Shown one piece after another: positions 1 to 9,409 of a stretch of 52,403 nt of DNA (position 1 is the stretch's first letter; each line of letters opens with the position of its first letter). Under the pieces are notes generated by a model. The model was not told the DNA's origin and made no database searches. It saw only the letters and a list, made by a program, of their open reading frames with translations. Location: positions 1,488,001-1,540,403 of the forward strand of contig JBODTK010000014.1 of assembly GCA_050613775.1 (NCBI GenBank), written 5' to 3'. This DNA is from Neocallimastix sp. 'constans'. Its lineage: Eukaryota. A program made the translations under genes and the position numbers.

Positions 1-2269
1 TGACTAATAGTATTAATAAGAAATACGAATTATTGGAGAAATATATTGGAGGTTTCGATGCAGATAAACAGTTAGAACATTTTATATATGATAATTACGA
101 TGATTTTGATTTATATATATCTTCTTCTTTAATTAAATTATTAATTAAAAGGAATAAAATGGAGTTATTAAAAATTATTTTTAATCATTTAAGGCTTTAT
201 GATAATGATTTTATTAAATGATTACTTTTTCAATATAAAAATAAAACTTCTATTTCTATAATTAATTTAAATAAAGAAATCCATAAAGATAAATATAAAA
301 TAATAATAGATTATGAAAAAGATTATAGTTATGGAGATTATGTTAATGATTATAAAATTAAAAATATGAATAAAAATTTAATGAATTATTTAGTAGAACA
401 TGGAATAGATATAAATAAAGGAAATTGTTATGGTGAAACAGTATTATTTTATGCATGTAAAAGTGAAAATAAAGATTTAGTAGTATATTTGGTTGAACAT
501 GGAGCAGATATAAATAAACAAAAATGTTATGGTGAGACACCATTATTTTATGCATGTGAAAGTGGAAATAAAGATATAGTAGAATACTTGGTGGAACATG
601 GAGCAGATGTAAATAAAGAAAAATGTTATGGTGAAACACCATTATTTTATGCATGTGAAAGTGGAAATAAAGATTTAGTAAAATTCTTGGTGGAACATGG
701 TGCAGATATAAATAAAGAAAATAATGCAGGTGAAACACCATTATTTAGAGCATGTGAAAGTGGAAATAAAGATTTAGTAGAATACTTGGTGGAACATGGA
801 GCAGATATAAATAAAGAAAATAAAGATGGTGAAACTGTATTATTAATTGCATGTGAAAGTGGAAATGAAAATTTAGTAGAATACTTGGTGAAACATGGAG
901 CAGATAAAAATAAAGAAATTAATAGGTTTGGTGAAACAGTATTATTTAGAGCATGTAAAAATGGGAACAAAAATTTTGTTGAATACTTGGTGGAACATGG
1001 AGCAGATATAAATAAAGAAAATAAAGATGGTGAAACTGTATTATTTATTGCATGTGAAAGTTGAAGTAAAAATTTAGTAGAATACTTGGTGGAACATGGA
1101 GCAGATAAAAATAAAGAAAATTTATGCAGTGAAACACCTTTATTTAATGCATGTAAAAGTGGAAATAAAGATTTAGTAGAATACTCGGTGAAACATGGAG
1201 CAGATATAAATAAAGAAGCTAAATATGGTGAAACTGTATTATTTATTGCATGTGAAAATGGATATAAAGATTTAGTAAAATACTTGTTGAAGCATGGAGC
1301 CAATATAAATAAAGAAAATAAATGGACAGGTGAAACAGTATTATTTAAACCATGTGAAAGTGGAAATCAAGATTTAGTAGAATACTTGGTGAAACATGGA
1401 GCATATATAAATAAAGAAAATAGATATTATGAAACAGTATTATTTAATGCATGTGAGAGTGAAAATAAAGATATAGTAGAATACTTGTTGGAACATGGAG
1501 CAAATATAAATAAAGAAAATTGGAATGGTGAAACTGTATTATTTAGAACATGTAGAAATGGAAATAAAGATTTAGTAGAATACTTGGTGGAACATGGAGC
1601 AGATATAAATAAAGAAAATTGGAATGGTGAAACTGTATTATTTATTGCATGTAGAAGTGGAAATAAAGGTTTAGTAGAATATTTGGTGGAACATGGAGCA
1701 GATATAAATAAAGAAGATAAAGATGGTGAAACTGTATTATTTATTGCATGTAGAAGTGGAAATAAAGGTTTAGTAGAATACTTAGTGGAACATGGAGCTG
1801 AAATAAATAAAGAAGATAAAGATGGTGAAACTGTATTATTTATTGCATGTGGAAGTGAAAATAAAAATGAATATTTAATATATATGGTGATACGTGGAGC
1901 AAATATAAATTGTAAAAATCAAGATTTAATTGAATACTTGGTGGAACATGGAGCAGATATAGATAAAGAAAATAAAGATGGTGAAACACCATTATTTATT
2001 GCATGTAAAAATGGATATAAAGACTTAGTAAAATACTTGGTGGAACATGGAGCAGATATAAATAAAGAAAATAAAAATGGTAAAACACCATTATTTATTG
2101 CATGGAAAAATAGATATAAAAACTTAGTAAAATACTTGGTGGAACATGGAGCAGATTAAATTAAAAAAATAATAGGATTGGTAAAACAGTATTTTATTTT
2201 AGAAATAATTATATGCAACCATATTTAGTAAACTATGTTAAAAATATTATAGATGAAAATGAAAACTAA
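1..2269 (+). pseudogene. Ankyrin-repeat gene, copy 1 (~18 repeats), interrupted by two in-frame TGA codons and a 3' frameshift; the A of the ATG lies just outside the window
   Basis: The window opens with (a)tgactaatagt, the same start as copies 2 and 3. ORFs 33-221, 366-1064 and 1086-2159 are in one frame, separated by TGA at 219-221 (TGG in copy 2) and TGA at 1062-1064 (GGA in the repeat consensus). Repeat consensus is GETVLFxACxSGNKDLVEYLVEHGADINKEN. The tail KTVFYFRNNYMQPYLVNYVKNIIDENEN* ends at 2269 in a shifted frame. Confidence 0.85.
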
Positions 2270-2751
2270 CCAAAAAAAAAATTTCTTAATTACGTATAAT
2301 TAAAGATAGAAATTTATCGATTTAATTTTTTTTTTTTTTTTATTTTATTTAACGATAAAATCCAGCTTCATCATTAAATTGATCTAAAAGTGCATATTTA
2401 TAAATAATATATTATATTATATTATTTTATTTTATTTATTTTTTCTTTTATTTGTTTATTTTTATAATAAAATTATTATTATTTAATATAATTTTCTTTT
2501 TAATATTTATGTATTTATTTATTTAATTTTTTAAATATTTAATGAGATAAATATGATTTCATTGAATCTTTATAAAAAATAAATATATATATATATGTAT
2601 ATATAAAATGAAATATTGAAAAAATAAAAAGTTTAAAAATATAATTTAAAAAATTTTAACTTTTTTTTTCTTTTTTACTTTTTTCAATTATTTCTTATAA
2701 AAAAAATTTAGTGTTTTAATATTTAAAAGTAAAATATATATACAATTATTA

Positions 2752-3420
2752 TTATAAATAATGTATAATAAATAATAAATATGATTTTTTATTAATAATA
2801 AATAAATAATAAATAATAAATAAAAAATTATAAATAATTGAATAATAAATAATTGAATAATAAATAATTGAATAATAAATAATTAATAATAAATAATATA
2901 AAGAGTATTTATAAATAATAAATAATAAATAATAAATAATAAATAAAAAATAAATAATAATAAAATGTGTATTTATTAATAAATAATTGAATAATAAGTA
3001 ATAAATAATAAATAATAAATAATAAATAATAAATAATAAATAATAAATAATAAATAATAAATAATAAAAAATAAATAATAAATAATAAATAATAAATAAC
3101 AAATAATAAATAATAAATAATAAATTATAAATAAATGAGTAATAAATAATAAATAATAAATAATAAATTATAAATAAATGAATAATAAATAGTAAATAAT
3201 AAATAATAAATAATAAAAGAAGTATTAATTAATAAATAACAATAAAAAAAGTATTTATAGTATTTATTAATAAATAATAATTAAATAAATGAATAATAAA
3301 TAGTAAATAATAAATAATAAATAATAAAAGAAGTATTAATTAATAAATAACAATAAAAAAAGTATTTATAGTATTTATTAATAAATAATAATTAAATAAA
3401 AAAAAATTATATTAATAATT
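2752..3420. repeat. (AATAAAT)n heptamer satellite array with variant units
   Basis: Tandem aataaat units with attgaat and (g)agtatttat variants, plus an internal ~120-bp duplication at ~3170-3400. Confidence 0.9.
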
Positions 3421-3699
3421 TACTTATTAATCAATAAAATAATATATAATAAATAAACAGACAGATAAATGATGAATTTCCATCATTTTAATATTAAAAT
3501 GTTTTATCCATCCAGTATAAAAAATGTTTTTTCTTTATAATTATTTTGATTATTATTTTGGTCTCTTTACTACTAAAATTATTATTTATCATATTTTTGA
3601 TATTTTTGTATGTATTTTATTATTAAATAAAAAAATTTATTTAATTATTAATTTATATATACATTTATTTATATAAATATAACGAATTTGGATTTGAGT

Positions 3700-4200
3700 T
3701 AACAACAGCCAGTTGTTCCCATATCTTATAATGTAATCCTTTAAGAAACATGTAAATCATGGCCAGATTCGATGTAGTCCGAATTTTGGCAAGTTGTTTT
3801 GAACTGGTTAATATATTCTAACACTTGCCCATACTTTTTTGGACGAATGGTATCTAATTTATCATTTGCAACAATTGTCTTTTACTTCTGGATCCTCATA
3901 GTTAACTTTTAAGTTCCTTCTTAAAGTTATCTAAATTATCTATCAAGAGATCTTCATTATCCTGTAGATTGGAAGACCAATTTAAAGGATCACCTTTTAA
4001 GAATGAGGTTTTAAATCTAACTTTTGACCTGTCCTCTGGAAAGTCTTCCGGGGTATCCTCAAAATTCATATTTACAATTGTGAGGAACCCTTTAACTTCT
4101 TTTCTTTCACCTTTAAAAATCGGTGGCTTGTTAATCTTCCTTTTTTTCTTTTCGTCCGCATTCCGCGATATCTTCAATTTGGTGATTTCTTAGTCTAATA
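3700..4200 (-). mobile_element. Degenerate Ty3/gypsy-type retrotransposon gag (capsid) relic
   Basis: ORF 4177-3902 reads KPPIFKGERKEVKGFL...FPEDRSKVRFKTSFLKGDPLNW. Past a stop and frameshifts it continues IVANDKLDTIRPKKYGQVLEYINQFK...AMIYMFLKGLHYKIWEQL. This matches the retrotransposon-gag pattern P..F.G / L.G.A..W / V.EY...F / F..GL. Confidence 0.8.
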
Positions 4201-4232
4201 TTGAGTTCTTCCACTTTGGAAATAATGAAAAT

Positions 4233-4271
<39 letters not shown>

Positions 4272-4325
4272 AAAGGAATTCTTATTTACGATTATTATTT
4301 TTATTTTAAATTTATTATTATATTA

Positions 4326-4438
4326 TGTATAGTCGACATGGCTCGAACCGTTTGAAATGGTGCCCGTCGAGTAATCGATTTTATTTTATTTGTTATTTCG
4401 TAAATGTTTTATGTACGTCAGACATGAGTCATATTACA
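4326..4438 (-). mobile_element. Possible short LTR or leader remnant upstream of the gag relic
   Basis: A GC-richer 113-bp island bounded by TGTA...TACA, immediately 5' of gag on the minus strand. I found no second copy or PBS. Confidence 0.25.
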
Positions 4439-4970
4439 ATTTATATAATAATTGATATCTTAATAATTATGGTATTTATACATAAAATTTATAAATATGT
4501 TATTTTAAACTCTTGTTAACTTTACATTAAATAAATATTTACTATAAAAGTATACTTAAAATATTACTAAGAATTAATAAATCAAATAAACCAAATTTTT
4601 ATAGCTATAATAAAGTATAAAGTGTAAATAATATTTTATTATTTCAAATTATGTATATATTTTATTAAATGTTGTTAAGTTATATATTATAAAATCTAGT
4701 TTCAACACCATTTTAATATTTATGTAAATATATTATATATATAATATAAGGTATTTATAATTTAAAAAAAAATATTATACTTTTATAATATTTAATAAAC
4801 ATAATAAATAATATGTGCATAAACACTCTACATATTAAAGATATACATAATTATAGGTGTACCTAATTATATCTATAAGTAGATAACTATATAAATTCAA
4901 TGAATGATTTATTTATCCAAAATCGAAACAAAAAAAAAAAAATACTATTGTTTTTATTTTAATTAATTAT

Positions 4971-5277
4971 TCAAAGAGTATTATTAATTATTAAATCTAT
5001 GATCAATAATAGAGTCATATTGCAACAATATGAATGCAACTTCCCGAAATGCACAACATCCATATTTATTAATCTTTCATTTTAATATCATATATATTTC
5101 ATTTTATAATCAATATATATATATATTAATGTTAATGAATATTACATATTAGCATTAATCATTGAATCAATTCGGAGGATCAAGCTAACATTACCATGAC
5201 ATTTTATTGATTCTGGCTAGGGTTAGTACTGAGCAATTATACGCAATTATATATATATATCCATTGCATACAGACAT
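4971..5277 (-). other. Possible tiny spliced gene or gene remnant (exons 5277-5272, 5216-5146, 5073-4971; 59 aa if real)
   Basis: Minus strand reads ATGTCT|GTATGC...TACTAAC-CC-TAG (55-nt intron with a perfect branch site), then a second GTAAT...AAG intron. The spliced frame is open: MSPESIKCHGNVSLILRIDSMINANILINMDVVHFGKLHSYCCNMTLLLIIDLIINNTL*. No family recognised. Confidence 0.25.
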
Positions 5278-6134
5278 ATAATTATTTTCTTAACGATTTA
5301 CTGTATCCATACGATTTAGAAAAAGAGATAGAGAGATAATTAGATGTTTAAAAAGAAGAAAATCTTTATTTTTTCTTTTTTTTTATTTTTTTTTTAATTT
5401 GTTTACTGATAATTTAATAAAAAAAAAAAAAAAAAATAAAAAGGTTTTTTTTTTTTTTTTTAAATAAAATAATTAAAATAGAAAATTTAAATTTTTATTT
5501 TTTATTTATGTCCAAAAAATTTTAAAAAATTTTTTTTAATAATTTGAATATGTGAAATGTATGAAAAATAAGCTTCAAATGTATTGAAACATATTGTAAT
5601 ATATATAATGTATAAGCCACAATGTATTAATATATTAAAGCATTTTAATTTAGAATAATTAAGTGTGAGTAACCTAGTAACTATTTATTATAAAATATAC
5701 ATTGATAAAATTGACATAATTATAAATTCATAACTCTTAACATTTTGAATATCCAATTAAAATTTTAATTTATTTAATTTTTTTTTTTTTTTTTATTTAA
5801 TATTTTTTCATTTTTTAATATTAATTATCAATCTAAAGATAATATAATACCTTCATACCTTTTCTTTTTCTTTTTCTTTTTATTTTATTTTTTTTTTTTT
5901 TTCTATTTTATTTTATTTCTCCTTTATTTTTTTTGTTTTATTTTTAATTTTATATTATATATAAATATTTACTTATAATATTTAAAGAATATCTTTAACA
6001 ATTATTATTTATATATATTTTTTATTCATAAAGAAAATAAAAAATATTTAAAGAAAAGATAATAATTAAAAAAATAAAATAAAAAAAAAAAAAAAAAAAA
6101 AAAATAAAAAAAAATAAAAATAAATAAAATAAAT

Positions 6135-7735
6135 ATGACTAATAGTATAAATAAGAAAGACGAATTATTGGAGAAATATAATGAAGGCTTCCTTACATCT
6201 GAATATTTAAAAAATTATATAAACTGTCATCACTATGATTTATATATATCTTCTTCTTTAATTAAATTATTATTTAAAGAGAATAAAATGGAGTTATTAA
6301 AAATTATTTTTGATAATTTAAGGTTTTATGATAATGATATTATTAAATGGTTACTTTTTCAATATAAAAATAAAACTTCTATTTCTATAATTAATTTAAA
6401 TGAAGAAATCACTAAAGATAAGTATAAAATAATAATAGATTATGAAAAAAAATATAATTGGGTAGATTATGGTAAGAATTATAAAATTGAAAATATGAAT
6501 AAAAATTTAATGAATTATTTAGTAGAACATGGAATAGATATAAATACAAATATTATATTTAAAGAAAAACCATTATTTTATGCATGTAAAAGTGAAAATA
6601 AAGAATTAGTAGAATACTTGGTGGAACATGGAGCTGTTATAAATAAAGAAAATAATGATGGTGAAACAGTGTTATTTATTGCATGTAAAAGTGGAAACCA
6701 AAATTTGGTAGAATACTTTGTGGAACATGGAGCAGATATAAATAAAAAAAATTGGAAAGATGAGACACCATTATTTTATGCATGTGAAAGTGGAAATAAA
6801 GATTTAGTAGAATACTTGGTGGAACATGGAGCAAATATAAATAAAGAAAGTTGGAATGGTGAAACTGTATTATTTTATGCATGTGAAAGTGGAAATAAAG
6901 ATATAGTAGAATACTTGGTGGAACATGGAGCAGATGTAAATAAAGAAAAATGTTATGGTGAAACACCATTATTTTATGCATGTGAAAGTGGAAATAAAGA
7001 TTTAGTAAAATTCTTGGTGGAACATGGTGCAGATATAAATAAAAAATATTGGAATTGGAATGGTGAAACTGTATTGTTTAGATCATGCGAAAGTGGACAT
7101 AAAGATTTAGTAGAATACTTGGTGAAACATGGAGCAGATATAAATAAAGAAAATTGGAAAGATGAGACACCATTATATTATGCATGTAAAAGTGGAAATA
7201 AAGATTTAGTAGAGTACTTGGTGGAACATGGAGCAAATATAAATAAAGAAAATCGGAATTTTGAAACAGTATTATTTATTTCATGTAGAAATAAAAATAA
7301 AGATTTAGTAGAATACTTGGTAGAACATGGTGCTGTTATAAATAAAGAAAATAAAAAGGGAGAAACAGTATTATTTATTGCATGTAGAAGTGGAAATAAA
7401 GATTTAGTAGAATACTTGGTGAAACATGGAGCTGTTATAAATAAAGAAAAAAGGAATGGTGAAACTCCATTATTTTATGCATGTGAAAGTGGAAATGATG
7501 ATTTAGTAGAATACTTGGTGGAACATGGAGCAGATATAAATAAAGAAAATAAAGATGGTGAAACAGTATTATTTAGAGCATGTGAAAGTGGAGATATAGA
7601 TTTAGTAAAATTCTTGGTGGAACATGGAGCAAATATAAATAAAGAAAATAAATATGGTAAAACTGTATTATTTGTTGTATATAAAAGTAAAAATGAAGAT
7701 TTAGTAAGATACTTGTTGAAACATGGAACAAATAA

Positions 7736-7742
<7 letters not shown>
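6135..7742 (+). CDS. Ankyrin-repeat protein, copy 2 (535 aa; ~120-aa non-repeat N-terminus plus ~12 ankyrin repeats)
   Basis: Uninterrupted ORF from ATG with tandem 33-aa GET(V/P)LFxAC..LVEYLVEHGADINK repeats. It ends at a TAA next to a poly-A run. Confidence 0.85.
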
Positions 7743-7772
<30 letters not shown>

Positions 7773-8070
7773 GAATTGGTGAAACAGTATTATTTAGAGC
7801 ATGTAAAAGTGGAAACAAAGAATTATTTTGAATACTTGATGGAACATGAAGCAGATATAAATAAAGAAAATAATGATGGTGAAACAGAATTATTTTATGG
7901 GTGTAGAAGTGGAAATAAAGATTTAGTAGAAAACTTGGTGGAACATGGAGCAGATATAAATAAGGTATATAGCAATCGTAAAACAGCATTTTATTTTTAG
8001 AAATAATTAGATGGAACAATATTTACTAAACTATATTAAAAGTAATACAGATAAAAACGACAAACCTAAA
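7743..8070 (+). pseudogene. Disconnected 3' tail of ankyrin copy 2 (two more repeats plus C-terminal cap)
   Basis: After the poly-A the sequence resumes RIGETVLFRACKSG..., frameshifts, and continues HEADINKENNDGETELF...HGADINKVYSNRKTAFYF. It is homologous to the end of copy 3. Confidence 0.75.
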
Positions 8071-8589
8071 AAAAAAAAAAAAATTATTTAATTTATTATA
8101 TATAAATAAATATAATAATTATTTTTATTATTTTTTTTTTTTTTTTTGACGATTAAATCCTGCTTCATCCTTAAATTAATCTAAAAATGCATATTTATAA
8201 ATAATATATTATTTTATTTTATTTTATTTTATTCTATTTATTAATTCTTTTATATATTTATTTTTATAATAAATTTATTATTATTTAATATAAATTTCTT
8301 ATTAATATTTATATATTTATTTATTTTATTTTTTATATATATATTTAATGAGATAACTATGATTTAATTGAATCTATGTATAAAAAAATAAATATTTAAT
8401 ATAAAAAAAAAAAAAAAAAAAAATGAAATATAAAAAAAAAAAAAATAAATATTAAAAAAAAAAAAAAAAATAATTTGAAAATATAATTTAAAAAATTTAA
8501 ACTTTCAATATTATTTTCCATTTATTTATATATATTTTTATTCAATTCTTATTTATTTATTTTTTTTTTATCTATTTATTTATTTATTG

Positions 8590-8686
8590 TTAAATTTCTT
8601 GCGATTGTCGCTAATAGTTCATTTGATATTTCTCTTCTTCATAATGTATTGATGGGAAGACAGATATGAAATCAATACGAGCCTCA
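8590..8686 (-). pseudogene. Orphan duplicate of the terminal exon of the 7-TM gene (13692-13788)
   Basis: 97 nt, the same length as the real exon. It reads EARIDFISVFPSIHYEEEKYQMNY*RQSQEI* versus EARTDIISVFPSTHYEEEEYQMNYTRQSQEI*. Adjacent 8750-9000 matches that gene's last intron. Confidence 0.85.
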
Positions 8687-8731
<45 letters not shown>

Positions 8732-8779
8732 AAAAAAAAAGAAAATTTTTTGCCAATTATAAAGAAGATAAAAAATTAA

Positions 8780-8810
<31 letters not shown>

Positions 8811-9026
8811 ATACACAATTAAACAAACAGATAAATAAATTAAAATAAAATATGTTAATAAAATAAATAATTTTAAAAAAAATAAATATAAAAGATTATC
8901 ATTTATCATTTAAAATTTAATAACTATTTAAAATGATTTATGTCTACTATTTATATCTATCTATTTATATAAATCTATATATATTTAATATCTATTTCTA
9001 AACTTGATTATAATTTATTTATATAT

Positions 9027-9073
<47 letters not shown>

Positions 9074-9409
9074 TATATATAACTGATAACTGTATTAAAA
9101 AATATCAAAAAATTTATGGAGTCATATTGCAACAATATGAATACACCCGAAACGCAGAACTTCCATATTTATTAATCTTTATTTTATTTTTTTTTTTTTA
9201 TTATATTTTATTTCTCTTTTATTTTTTTTTGTTTTATTTTTAATTTTATTTTATATATATATATTTGCTTATAATATTTAAAGAATATCTTTAACAATTA
9301 TTATTTATATATAAAGAAAATAAAAATTATTTAAAGAAAAGATAATAATTAAAAAAATAAAATAAAAAAAAAAAAAAAATAAAAAAAAATAAAAATAAAT
9401 AAAATAAAT

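Noticed and set aside
358..1303. Minus-strand ORFs over the ankyrin genes (also 6676-6981, 7573-8019, 12103-12375)
   Set aside because: They are antisense shadows of the repetitive plus-strand ankyrin frame.
2752..3102. ORFs rich in I/Y/L/F/N/K (also 12883, 13789, 13920, 16000, 17625, 19307, 21595, 32140, 36675, 44560, 45632, 50132, 51254)
   Set aside because: They are translations of microsatellites and homopolymers with no coding signal.
2752..3420. Heptamer arrays as telomeric repeats
   Set aside because: They have no G-rich strand and occur at several interstitial positions.
8590..8690. Repeated GC-richer block (also 13692-13788) as a snoRNA or ncRNA
   Set aside because: It is explained as the in-phase terminal coding exon of the 7-TM gene and its duplicate.
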